The position numbers and the translations under genes are program-made. A DNA stretch of 64,000 bases from Chiloscyllium plagiosum (lineage: Eukaryota): contig NC_057718.1 of assembly GCF_004010195.1 (NCBI RefSeq), positions 101,884,197 to 101,948,196 on the forward strand. The letters are read 5' to 3'. Positions 1 through 11,760 of the stretch are shown here, one piece after another (position 1 is the first letter of the stretch; the number at the start of each line of letters is the position of its first letter). The notes under the pieces were generated by a model. That model was given only the letters and a program-made list of their open reading frames with translations, did not search any database and was not told the origin of the DNA.

Positions 1-86
1 CCCCTAAACCCCTCACCCCCACAACCCAGATCCCCCATTCCTGTCGCCTCCCTCCCGGCTTCTGGAAGGTTCTCTGGGACACCGAC

Positions 87-133
87 CTCAGGTTCATGGG
101 TCTCACTCTCACCGCCACCTTCACCGAGGCCAT
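87..133 (-). CDS. KIF16B: Kinesin-like protein KIF16B, coding exon 1 (gene continues left of the window)
   Basis: Minus strand reads ATG GCC TCG GTG AAG GTG GCG GTG AGA GTG AGA CCC ATG AAC CTG AG = MASVKVAVRVRPMNL(R), the KIF16B N-terminus; 47-nt phase-2 exon followed by donor GTCGGT; ACCATGG Kozak context; neighbour of OTOR as in other vertebrates. Confidence 0.93.
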
Positions 134-585
134 GGTTGCTTTTCCTGCTCCTCCCGGAGCCGCAGTTGTCTCCGTGTGTTTACACTGATGATGGGGGAGG
201 GGTGAGGGGTGTGGGTTCAGTTGCTCTGATCTCCCGGTCTCAGCAATGCCGCCGCCACCGGGCTGCCTCCTCCATGGAGCCCCCGGGGGAGTTTCGAGAA
301 CGCGGCGACAAACGCCTTTACCGCGTCCGCCGAGGATCAAAACACCAAAACACCACGTGCCCACCCCTTAACACCCGCCCTCCCCATTGGAACACGCCGT
401 GGACCGATTGATGTGGATTCTATCCAATCGGCGCTGCCGTCCTCTCCCGATGACGTTTAACGCCCCGCCCGTGCGTGTTGCTGGCGTGATGACGTTAGGT
501 AATGGGACACCAAGGCAACACGTCGGCCGGGCACAGAAACGCCCCTGCACGTTCCTATGGTGTCCACTTTGGTCATGCGAGTAGG
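134..585 (-). promoter_or_regulatory. CpG-rich 5' UTR/promoter of KIF16B
   Basis: High CpG density versus the rest of the window; ATTGG 386-390, CCAAT 424-428, two CRE/ATF-like TGACGT (451-456, 490-495), GC box GCCCCGCCC 462-470. Confidence 0.8.
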
Positions 586-1030
586 CCATTCAGCCCCTCA
601 AGTCTTGTCTACCATTCACTGAGATCATGTTTGACTTGTGGCCTAACTGCATTTTACTGCCCATGGCCCTGAATATCTGTGCTCAGCAAAAGTGTATCTA
701 TCCTAGATTTAGAATTAAAAATGCATGCAGCATCCACTGCCATTTGTGGGAAGAGAGTTCCAAAATGTCAATCAGCCTTTGTGCTTCCTAACTTCTCTTC
801 TGAATGGTCTGGCCCTAATTCTAATTCTATGGCCCCTAGTCCTAGAATCCCCAACCAGTGGAAATTGTGTGTCCTGTCTTTTCCTGTCAATATCTTGAAT
901 ATTTTGACAGGATCATCCCTTTACCTTCTAAATTTGTGTAATGTTTCCTCTTAAGTTAACTCATGAAGTCCAGGTATCATTCTTGTACACCTACTCACTC
1001 CAAGGTCAATATACCCTTTCTAAATGAGGG
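578..1030 (-). mobile_element. Decayed CR1/L2-group LINE 3' fragment
   Basis: Begins gagtaggccattcagcccctcaag, the reverse-complement 3' end shared with other CR1 fragments in the window. Confidence 0.6.
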
Positions 1031-1562
1031 TGGTCAACTGGATCTGGAAATGTGGCAGAGGCAGACTTAATTGAGACACTCAAAAGGACATCAGGTATGG
1101 ATGGTTATTTGGGTGAAAATAATGTATAACCATACAGGGGAAAGGTGGGAAGTTGGCAAGAGGCAATGATGTTTGCTTAATGAGCTGTTGAAGTCACCAT
1201 GTAACATTTCTGTGATCCCATGATTCTGTGAAAAGGTGACCTTGCTCTTTTTAATTTCTCATAAATTAAAATGAAATGAAGTTAAGCTTGTTTATTAAGT
1301 TTATATTAAAGTATTTCAGGTATAGGGATGATGTCCACCAGGGTCCCTGCCATGGTTACAGAAGGCCATCCCACTGCAATCATAGCACCTTACTTCTGCA
1401 TTACATATCCAATGATGCGCACAGGCCACAGCCTATAGGCATAATGTGTACCTTGCCTTCGAGTTGGAATGCCCCCATCCAACAGGGGAAGAAAGGCTAC
1501 AACCATTTATCATCCACATAGGCAAGGACACATGGTCTCCACTAGGCTGTACCTAGGCTACT

Positions 1563-1848
1563 TTCTGGATCAGTGGTGCTGGAAGAGCACAGCAATTCAG
1601 GCAGCATCCGAGGACAGGCAAAATCGACGTTTCGGACAAAAGCCCTTCATCAGGAATAAAGGCAGAGAGCCTGAAGCGTGGAGAGATTATCTCTCCACGC
1701 TTCAGGCTCTCTGCCTTTATTCCTGATGAAGGGCTTTTGCCCGAAACGTCGATTTTGCCTGTCCTCGGATGCTGCCTGAATTGCTGTGCTCTTCCAGCAC
1801 CACTGATCCAGAATCTGGTTTCCAGCATCTGCAGTCATTGTTTTTACC
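1563..1848. mobile_element. Penelope-derived palindromic non-autonomous element (family 1) with 16-bp TSD
   Basis: Near-perfect inverted repeat 1563-1813 centred on 1688; flanking direct repeat ctgtacctaggctact at 1547-1562 and 1849-1864. Confidence 0.85.
1719..1754 (+). ncRNA. Minimal type I hammerhead ribozyme motif (family 1)
   Basis: CTGATGA (1723-1729), A, stem II GGGC-tttt-GCCC, GAAA (1743-1746), C, GTC cleavage triplet; stem I only 2 bp (TC/GA); mirror copy on the minus strand at about 1622-1657. Confidence 0.7.
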
Positions 1849-2403
1849 CTGTACCTAGGCTACTGACCACCTGTTCTGTCTTCTGATTCCTATACACCCA
1901 AAATTCCTGCACTTTTTGACTCAAAATCCTGAAGGCACATCGAGTGTATTTCTGAGAGGTTTCCATGTGGCTGATATCTTTACTTAGCTCCTTGCTGCAG
2001 TTCAGCTCGATACACAGCAACCCAGATTTTAAGTTTTTAAAAAATTTCCAACACTAAATTGCTCTCTGCAGAAATGAGCCTCTAGATTCTTAAGTGTTTG
2101 CTTTTGGAAAAGTGAGCCAAATGACAACCATTAACAATTATCATGTCATTAAGCAGATGCTTTCACTATTAATTACTGGGTTTTCACTTACTACAGTGGG
2201 TTAATGTGAAATTAATGCAGAAACTTAATAATTTCATGCAAGTCAAGGAAATTTAAGAAATAAGATGATATTTACCGAAAGCTAATGGATCAATACCTCA
2301 GGTTCACATTTTGAAGGCAGTCATTTTTTTTAGTTTGTTGTCCACCAAGAAGAATCTGTCCCTTTACTCTATTCTTCATTGCAGTAATGTGTGAATATAT
2401 ACT

Positions 2404-3388
2404 TGTATGACAAAGCTGTGGCTTTAAGTGGTGTGTTTTGTCATGGTTTAATTTAGAAAGAAATTGGGGGACAGGAGGCAAGCAGTCAATGAGCAGATAA
2501 ACAACATGTGAAGTCTTGAGTGGTTTTTTAAATTTGTAACAATAGAAGCAGTCTGAATGGGTGTGGTCAAACTCTAACCAGGATCTTTAGTTTAGCTTTC
2601 AGCAGTTGCTGTTGAGGTCTTGAAGAAGTGAAAGTCATTTTTCCTATCTCTGTTACTGCCAAAATCTGAGGGTACTCTGCCTGCTAGTGGAGTTGCATGT
2701 GAGACAATCTGTTTGCTGAATTTGCCTTTTTCCAAGGGTATGTTTATGGGGATGTTACTATATTGGAACAGTTAATCAGTAATAGTTACTTTTTGTTAAT
2801 TCATTCACGGTGGCTCAGTGGTTAGCACTGCTGTCTCACAGCGGCAGGGATCCGGGTTCAATTCCCACCTTGGGCAACTGTCTATGTGGAGTGTGCACGT
2901 TCCCCCTGTGTCTGTGTGGGTTTCCTCCCACACTCCAACGATGTGCAGGTCAGGTGGATTGGCCATGCTAAATTGCCCATAGTGTTAGGTGCATTAGTCA
3001 GGGGTAAATGTAAGGGGGTGGAGTACTCTTCAGAGGGTCAGTGTGGGCTTGTTGGGCCAAATGGCTTGTAGGGAATCTAATCTAATCTAAACATTTCCTG
3101 GTCTCTGGATTAACAATCCAGCAATAATACCATTAGGCCAAAACATCTCTGTATCTATTATTCTGTTATGCTTTTCATTAGAGTTAAGTTAAATTATTTC
3201 AATTTATTCTTTTGTTTGTTGTATTTTAACTATAGTGGATGAATAAAGTGTGTTTTGCTTTAAATCCAGTAGTTTGACCAACTGAATTGCATTTGGAACA
3301 TAACACCTTACATTTATCTTTAAAATAAGAAAAGGTTAGGGTCTAGAAATCTTCTGAATATCTTAAGGCAGTTTGGCCTGGTCCATAA
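2404..3388 (+). mobile_element. Possible solo LTR interrupted by a SINE
   Basis: Starts TGTATGA, AT-rich body, AATAAA at 3242, ends near ccataa abutting a CR1 fragment; no TSD verified. Confidence 0.35.
2806..3090 (+). mobile_element. HE1-type tRNA-derived SINE
   Basis: A box TGGCTCAGTGG, B box GGTTCAATTCC, central gatgtgcaggt..gattggccatgctaaattgccc domain, (TCTAA)n tail. Confidence 0.9.
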
Positions 3389-3389
3389 A

Positions 3390-4935
3390 TCAAGAAGCAT
3401 AGTAGATAAGGTGGATGAACTGAGGGCTTGAATTAGTACCTGGGAGCATGATATTATTGCTATTACTGAGACTTGGTTGAGGGAAGGGCATGATTGGCAG
3501 CTAAACATCCCAGGATATAGGTGCTTCAGGTGAGGTAGAGTGGGCGGTCAAAGGGGTGGAGGAATTGCATTACTGGTCAAAGAAAATATCACAGCTGTGC
3601 TGAAGGACGGCAATATGGGCAGAGCTCAGAAATAGGAAGGATGCAGTAACAATATTGGGGCTGTACTACAAGCCTCCCAACAGCCAACATGAGATAGCAA
3701 AGCAAATATGTAAACAGATTATGGGAAGATGTAGGAATAACAGGGTCGTGGTGACAGGAGATTTTAATTTTCCCAATATTGACTGGGATTCACTTAGAGT
3801 TAGAGGTCTGGATGGAGCAGAAATTGTAAGGAGCATCCAGGAGGGTTTTCTAGAGCAGTAAGTAAATTGTCCAACTTGGGAAGGGGCCTTACTGGATTTG
3901 ATGTTGGGAAATGAGCCCGATAGGTGGTTGATGTTTCAGTAGAGGATTACTTTGGGAATAGTGATCACAATTCCATAAGTTTTAGAATACTCATGGACAA
4001 AGATGAGAGTGGTCCTAAAGGAAGAGTGCTAAATTGGGGGAAGGCCAACTATAGCAAAATTCGGCAGGAGCTGGGGAATGTAGATTGGGAGCAGCTGTTT
4101 GAAGGTAAATCCACATTCAGTATGTGAGAGGCTTTTAAAGGGAGGTTGATTAGAGTTCAGGAGAGGTATGTTCCTGTGAAAATGAGGATCGAAATGGCAA
4201 AGTTAGGAACCACAGATGACAGGTGAAATTGTGAGTCTAGCTTAGAGGAAAAAGGAAGCGTACATAAGGTCTAAGCGACTGAAGACAGACAAGGTTTGGA
4301 AGAATAGCGGGAATGTAAGACCAATCTGAAATGAAGAATTAAGAGGGCTAAAAGGGGTCATGAGATATCTTTAGCAGACAGGGTTAAGGAAAATCCCAAA
4401 GCCTTTTTTCTCATATATAAGGCACAAGATGATAACTGGAGAAAGGGTTGGCCCACTCAAGGACATAGGAGGGAAGTTATGCGTGGAGTCAGAGAAGATG
4501 GGTGTGATTCTTAACAAGTACTTTGCGTTGGTATTCACTGAGGAGAGGGACATGACGAATGTTGAGGTTAGGGATAGATCTTTGAGAGGTATAGACAGGG
4601 TGGATAGCAAGAAGCTTTTTTCCAGTGTGGAACTCAATTATGAAGGGTCATGAGTTCAAAATGAGAGGGGAAATGTTTAGGGGAGATATGCATGGAAAGT
4701 TCTTTACACAGAGGCTGGTGGGGGCTGGAACATGTTGCCAGCAGAGGTAGTAGAGGTGGGCACAATAGCGTCATTTAAGAGATGTGTCTAGACAGATACA
4801 TGAATGGGCAGGGAGTAGAGGGATACAGATCCTTGGAAAATTGAAAAATCCTTGGAAATTTAGAGAGACGATCTGGATTGGTGCAGGCTTGGAGGGCCGA
4901 AGGGCCTGTTCCTGTGCTGTAATTTTCTTTGTTCT
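3390..4935 (+). mobile_element. CR1-type LINE, decayed and internally deleted (APE endonuclease region joined to 3' end)
   Basis: ORF fragments GLYYKPPNS, VVVTGDFNFPNIDW, GNSDHNSISF; RT domain missing between about 4580 and the 3' terminal segment. Confidence 0.88.
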
Positions 4936-6188
4936 TAACAATTACCTTTTCTCTTTCAAAACTAGAGTCGTGGGCAGTTTTAATACGATTTCCACTGATC
5001 TAACTCTGTTTGGTTGATGCTACTCTGCAATGCTATTAATCAAATATTTGACTAGCTACTGATACTTCATTCACTACTTGTACAACTAAGTTGCTTTCTC
5101 TTGTCTCGTTTCTCACTATTCTTACCAAAATTCAGCTCTAAATGTGTCTGTCAGTCAAGGTTAACTGTGACTGAAGTAATTCAGCAGAGTTGAATTTGTA
5201 TCCTTAAGGCAACGCAAGTTTGACTGTAATTCCTACAGACTGGAATAACCAATTCCAATAAAGAGTGTAACACACAGATCTGATTATACACTGGAGGTGA
5301 GGACGTTGTCATGTATCATTAAGATTTGTCATGGATGGCTAAAGGCTCCAGAGGTGCATAATAATATCTCTCAATAGGTTGATTAGAAATATCCGCTAAA
5401 CTCATTGGAAAACATTCATTCATGTTCCAAACTTCACTCATTTAATCAAGAGAAATTAATTGGCAAGTCATGATGTTATTTATCAGGTACACTAACATTT
5501 TCTTGCTTTTGGCTCTGGTTTATTTGACTCTGGTTAATTTGACTCTGGAGCCACAGTTGTGTATTTGAATAATTGCTAATCTTAAACTTCCAAAATTCAG
5601 AACCTCCAGGCCCTCAACAATCCAGAGAAGTAAAGGGGAAAGTCCTTTTTGATCTGATACCAGAAATGACATGAGCATATAATTGAATGCTGAAGGACAA
5701 TCAGTGGAAGTAATTGTTAAGGTGCCTGTCCCTGCTTTGAATTTGCAGTTGATTACATTTGCATTTGGCAGCCTTAGGAAATGCAGTTGGCCATTTAACA
5801 GAGCTGCAATTATACGATAGCGATGGTGGTTATAAAAAGACTTTGCCAAGACATGTTTTGAGTTATGAAAGCAACACTTGATGCAGCGTCGAGAGGAATG
5901 TGTTTCTCTGCAGCTCTCATTTCAGTGGGAGTAACAGTGCAACTGTGTTAGCGTCTGGTTCTGCCTCAGGAATTTATAAACAAATATTTACCTGGGAATT
6001 TTACAGAAGCTTTTTTGAAATGAACTAAAGGGCAATAGAATTAAGATCCAACAGATTACTTCCAGCTTTGAGGAAATATCATAACTCTTTTACATATGCA
6101 TTACTATTTAATTTTCCAGATTTTTTTCCGAGATTTTAGATGGAGCAATTCCTGTACTACAACTCCTCCTTCCTTGACTTAGTCTAAG

Positions 6189-6570
6189 AACCTGAGAGTG
6201 TGGTGCTGGAAAAGCACAGCCAGTCAGACAGTATCTGAGGAGCAGGAGAATCGATGTTTCGGGCATAAGCTACTCATCAGGAATGAGGCTTGTGGGTTGT
6301 GGCGGGGGGAGGAGCTGAGAGATAAATGGGAGGGGGTGGGGTTGGCAGTAGAGGTACCTCTACTGAGCTACCTCTACTGAGAATGCGATAAGCCCTCCAC
6401 CACCCCACCCCCTCCCATTTATCTCTCAGCTCCTCCCAGCCCACAAGCCTAATTCCTGATGAAGGGCCCATGCCCGAAATGCCTGCTCCTCGGATGCTGC
6501 CTGACCTGTTGTGTTTTTCCAGCACCACATTCTCAACTCTGATCTCCAGCATCTGCACTCCTCACTTTCT
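6189..6570. mobile_element. Penelope-derived inverted element (family 1) with 11-bp TSD
   Basis: Two inverted arms of the gtgctggaaaagcacagc..catcaggaat sequence; cttagtctaag at 6178-6188 and 6571-6581; degenerate hammerhead core at about 6456-6480. Confidence 0.8.
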
Positions 6571-7139
6571 CTTAGTCTAAGCAGCTGTTCAGTTTGAAAT
6601 GCCACAGGATCAACTACTTGTGAGTCTTAACAAGAAGTGGCTCTTGTCATCATCGAGTTAGACATTGTTGCGAAGACGATGAAGAGTCCCTCATCTTTGA
6701 TGGTTTCCATTGCCCTTTGCATGTAGATTATTCAACTGGAAACATGGGTGGCTTACTGATGGTGGTTAATTGATAGAAAAAAAAGTACCATGGCTGATTT
6801 AGTGATGAGAAAAAAGGTGCTTACTTATGTGTAAGAGCATTTCTGGAAATTTTAAAAAAAGTAATAAGGAAAAAAAGAGAAAAGAAGATGAATTCACCTG
6901 TGAATATAGGTCTGTACTCTCAAGTTCCACCTGATCCAGACATGAGACATAATGCATCTGATTACTTTTTTGAAAATGTATAGGTCTGCACTCTTTGCGG
7001 TCCCAAAATGTTCTAAAAAGATCATTGGAAATTGGAACAGGAATAGGCTGTTCAGCCCCTCAAGCCTGCTTCATGACTGATCTGACACTACTCATGTCCA
7101 CTTTCCTGCCCTTTCTGCACTATCTCCACCCAGTGTGAC

Positions 7140-7740
7140 ATAGAATCATACAGCTCAGAAACAGACCCTTTGGTCCAACCACTCCATGCCGACCACTGTC
7201 CCCAACTGAAGTAGTCCCACCTGCCTGTGCTCGGCCCATATCCCTCCAAACATTTCTTATTCATGTATTTATCTAAGTCTTTTAAATGTTGTAACTATAC
7301 CTGCATTCATCATTTCCTCCAGCAGTTGATTCCATACAAGAACCAGTCTCTATATAAAAGAACTGTCCGCATGTCTTTTTAAAATCTTTCTCCTCACCTT
7401 AAAAACGTGCCCCCTAGTCTTGAAATTCCCCACCCTATTCATCTTATTTGTGCCCCTCATGATTTTATAAACCTCTACAAGGTCACCCCTCAACCTCTGA
7501 TCCTCCAATTACAAAGGTCCCAGTCTACCCAGCATCTCCTTATAAGGCAAAAACAAGGGCTGCAGATGCTGGAAACCAGAGTCTAGACTAGAGTGGTGCT
7601 GGAAAAGCACAGCAGTTCAGGCAGCATCTGAGGAGCAGGAAAATCGACGTTTCAGGCAAAAGCCCTTCATCAGCACTGCTGTGCTTTTCCAGCACCACTC
7701 TAGTCTAGCATTTCCTTATAACTCAAGCCCTCCATTCCTG
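7140..7740 (-). mobile_element. CR1 3' fragment with nested family 1 Penelope-derived insertion (about 7547-7706)
   Basis: CR1 3' sequence on both sides; agcat(c/t)tccttataa duplicated at about 7531-7545 and 7707-7721. Confidence 0.8.
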
Positions 7741-8413
7741 TTAAATATCATGTTAGATTTCTTCTGAAATAATCAAATTGGATGGAGCAATATGCAGTGC
7801 CCAACATTAATCCTTTCAGAACCATTACCTAATGCAACACCTCCCTGAATTATGAGTTAATTCCTTAGAAACATAAGCAAATAAGGATCATTTGTGGCTT
7901 ATTTAACTGCTTTCAAAGATGTACGTTTTCTTCAATTTAGAAATGCATTTTCATTTTTGAAATTGATGGGAGACACATTTGATCTTAACTCAGTAGACAC
8001 TCTGAACACTGTCAGAGAGGGAAAGGATTTTCAATAATTCAGGAGTGTTAAGATAATTATGGCACTCAATGTCTCCTACTTGTAAATGTTCTTTTAAATG
8101 TAACAAAGCTAAATGTTTGCATGGTTATAATTGAGATTTTACAGAAAGATGGACAAACTCTAAATGCGTCTCCAAAATTGAATTACACCTTTGAAGACAT
8201 TCCTTTCCACTTAATACTCTTTATACGACTTGTCACATGTTTTTAAGAATTACTTTTATAAGATTTACGAGTGTGAATCATATAAAATTCACACATATAA
8301 GATTTGACAAATCTTCTGCTGGTTAATGAAAATATGTACTTCCTCGTGGTGTTAGTAACTTGGACAGCAGCTCAAAAAATCCTGGTACTGAAAAATCTGA
8401 AATAGATTTTGTT

Positions 8414-9479
8414 TGTTACGACACAGCCGTGAATCCCTCTGTTAATTAAACCAAACACCCAGAAAAGCCTCATAATCCATTAAAGTATGAGTGACAGAGG
8501 ACTCCCTAAATTCCACTATCTAAAGAAAAAAAAATCAGTTTTATTCTTTAACTTTAAATGTGAACATTAAACAGCAATTGTTTACAACTCTAAGCCTCCT
8601 TTCTCTTAACGGTTTATTATCTACCTCCAATTCTATAACAATGTACTGATCCAATAAAAGCCCCTATTAAATTACTCATCTTAATTTTCAAAGCCACACA
8701 GCAGCTGTCTTCTTTCAGCTGAAGATCTTCTAGATCGTCTTTGGTCTTTTGATGCAAAGATGTTTCATATGAGAAAGGTACTTTTGTTAGTGTTTTTTCT
8801 GGCAGTTACTCTGTCAATGGCAGTTGGTCACTCTCTCTGGCTAACTCTCAAAATGCTGGCTTCTTTATACCCCAAACATTGGATCGTCTCATTGGTTCGA
8901 TGTCGTCCAAAACTGTAAATTCAAATTCAATTGGATTTTAGTATCCTGGGCCTAATTTAAACTGATGGGTTAAATTCGAACTGTTGTGAAGACAGAGCGG
9001 CATGGTGGCTCAGTGGTAAGCACTGCTGCCTCACAGCGCCAGGGACCCGGGTTCAATTCCTGCCTTGGGTGACTGTGCAAACTCCATGCAGACGTTCTCC
9101 CCGTTTCTGTATGGGTTTCCTCTGGGTGCTCCGGTTTCCTCCCACAATCCAAAGATGTGCAGGTCAGGTGAATTGACCATGCCAAATTGCCCCTTAGTGT
9201 CAAGTGCATTAGTTAGAGGTAAACATAGGGTAGGTGAAAGGGTCTAGATGGGATACTCTTCGGAGGGTCAGTGTGGACTTTTTGGGCCAAATGGCTTAAT
9301 TCAATACTGTAGGAAATCTAATCTAATCATAGCAATCGAAGCTCCGGTATTTGTTTCACAGCCAAATGTTACACTCTGAGACTGCTTGTCAGTCAAATGA
9401 CAGGTGCCTGCAAGCTCTCAATGCAAAACAGTTTTCACTCTCTCTTAAAGGTACAGTACACATTTTCAACTTCATGACA
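8414..9479 (-). mobile_element. Probable solo LTR interrupted by a SINE
   Basis: Imperfect terminal inverted repeats TGTTACGA ... TCATGACA, flanks ttgtt/gtgtt (4 of 5 match), minus-strand AATAAA near 8540. Confidence 0.45.
8997..9328 (+). mobile_element. HE1-type SINE
   Basis: A box, B box GGTTCAATTCC, conserved core, TCTAA tail. Confidence 0.9.
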
Positions 9480-9989
9480 GTGTTGCATTGTTTTTTAGAC
9501 TGAATAGTGCTGGAGATTTGGAACCTTTGTAAAAGGTCTACCTTGTTAACTAATTAATAGTAATAATAAAGTGACAAAGTAAATAATGGAGAAGGAAATA
9601 GATTTTAATTCTCATTCACTCTAATAAAAAAAAAGTAAAGAGCAGGAAAGAAGAATTTAATTAAGAAAGAAATAGAAAGGAAAGAGGAATTAGAAACAAA
9701 ATGATGGCAAGATAAACAACTCCAGGATAGATTTATTACTGTAGGAGAGAAGCTATTGCCTTTCAGCTCCTTTTTCAATTTGAGGTTTTGGTGGGATGTA
9801 GGCATCACTGGGAACACTGGCCTTTGCTGCACTTTGTTACTTACCTTCAAAATGACTGACTTTCTAGGCCATATCAGACACTCATTAAGAGTTACCCACT
9901 GTGTCATTGTGGGTCCAGAGTCACATGTCAGCCAGGCCAGAGAAGAATGACAGATTTATTTCCCTGAAGTCTCAGGGAAGTCTTACCCC

Positions 9990-10550
9990 AACTGTAAAAT
10001 TGGCTGGTGAGACCACATCTGGAGCACTGATGGCAGCTTTGGTCTACTTGTTTAAGGAAAGATATTATTTCATTGGCGGTAGTTCAGAGAAGGTTCACTA
10101 GGATGATCCCTGGTATGGAGGGATTGTCTTATGAGAGAAGGTTAAACAGGTTGGGACTTTACAAACAGGAGTTTAGAAGAATGAGGCGTCTCATTGAAAC
10201 ATACAGGATTCTTATGTGGCTTGACAGGGTCAATGCTGAGAGGATGTTTTCCCTAGGACCTGAGGGCAGAGTCTCAGAATAAAGGGGCACCAATTTCAGA
10301 CTGAGAGGGGGAGGAATTTCTTCTCTGAGGGTTAAGAGTCTTTGGAGCTCCTTGCCACAGAGAGAGCTGTTGGGGTAAAGTCCTTGTATATATATTTATG
10401 GCTGAGATAGATAGTTTATCGGTAGGGGAATCAAGGGTAACAGGGAAAGGATAGGAAAGTAGATGTGAGGTGTGCCAGATTATCTGTGATCTTATTGAGT
10501 GGTGGAAAAGGTTCAGGAGATGAATGATCTACTGCTGTTCCTTATGGTGT
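9990..10550 (+). mobile_element. CR1 3' fragment
   Basis: VQRRFTRMIPGMEGLSYERRLNRLGLY, typical CR1 ORF2 C-terminus. Confidence 0.85.
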
Positions 10551-10804
10551 TAAAGCACATTAGTGAGCCAGTTATGTCATTCTACAGCAGTCAACGACAG
10601 TTTACTCATACTTTATCTGCCAGATTTATGATTTGAATTGATGGATTTGAACCCAAGTTCTCAGAACATTCAGCTAATGATGTTAATCACTACAATACAG
10701 CTTCAGCCTCAAAGATTGTGTTTCATTTCTGGACCATAAAATCACATCATTAACTGTGTCCTTATGTCAGCAAATAGCAGCCATATACTCGACAGCAATC
10801 TGAA

Positions 10805-10998
10805 GTGTGATAATGGAAAAGCACAGCAGGTCAGGCAGCATCCGAGGAGCAGAAGATTCGATGTTTCAGGCATATGCTCTTCATCAGGAATGCCCGAAAT
10901 GTCGATTCTCCTACACCTTGGATGCTGCCTGACCTGCTGTGCTTTTCCAGCACTACATTCCCAACTCTGATCTCCAGCATCTGCAGTCCTCACTTTCT
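10805..10998. mobile_element. Penelope-derived inverted element (family 1)
   Basis: Inverted arms turning around at catcaggaa/tgcccgaaa (about 10890), inside the hammerhead motif. Confidence 0.8.
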
Positions 10999-11256
10999 CA
11001 GACAGTAGTCTGAACTCAAGTTCATGCCTAAAATCCAGACACTTTTTGAAAATGAAGAGGTTGATGAGGGGGTTCTATTCTCTGGAGGTGAACAGCAGAC
11101 AGAACAAATCAACCAGCAGCTTCTGGTGATTATTCTGCTTGTCGCAAGTTTCTCTTTTTTAAAAAGATAACGCAGTAATAGAAGCAGGCTTGGACACATA
11201 GTTATTTCTCGAGCAGTATTTGACCCCATGACAGCCAACAGGTAATTATTTGCGTA

Positions 11257-11760
11257 GTCATAGAATTTTACAGCATGGAGACTGACCCTTTGATCCAACT
11301 CATCCATGCTGACCACATATCCTAAATTAATCTAGTCCCATCTGCCAGCATTTGGCCCATTTTCCTCTAAACCTTTCCTATTCGTACACCCATCCAGATA
11401 CCATTTAAATGTTGTAATTGTACCAGCTTCCACCCTCTGGCAGTTCATTCCATACACACACCACCCTCTACATGAAAAAGTTACCCTCAGATCCCTTTTA
11501 AATCGTTCCCCTCTCAGCTTAAACCTATGCCCTCTAGTTCTGGACTCCCCCACCATCCCAGGGAAATGACCTTGTCTATTCACCCTATCCATGCCCCTCA
11601 TGATTTTATAAACCTCTATAAGGTCACCCCTCAGCCTCCGACGCCCCAGCCTATTCAGCCTCTCCCTATAGCTCAAAACCCTCTAACCCTGGCAACATCC
11701 TTGTAAATCTTTTCTGCACCCTTTCAAGTTTCACAACATCTTTCCTATAGCAGGGCGACC
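11257..11760 (-). mobile_element. CR1 3' fragment
   Basis: LSYRERLNRLG..RRLRGDLIEVYKIMRGMDRV..SRTRGHRFK. Confidence 0.88.

Noticed and set aside
1-45. C-rich start resembling telomeric repeat
   Set aside because: No tandem CCCTAA; simply C-rich KIF16B intron 1
136-589. Short ORFs on both strands near the window start
   Set aside because: Chance ORFs in the GC-rich KIF16B leader/promoter; no recognisable protein
2806-2880. tRNA-like sequence with A and B boxes (many copies)
   Set aside because: SINE heads followed by SINE core and tail, not tRNA genes
11040-11130. Short acidic reading frame FENEEVDEGVLFSGGEQQTEQINQQLLV
   Set aside because: No convincing splice acceptor or recognisable homology
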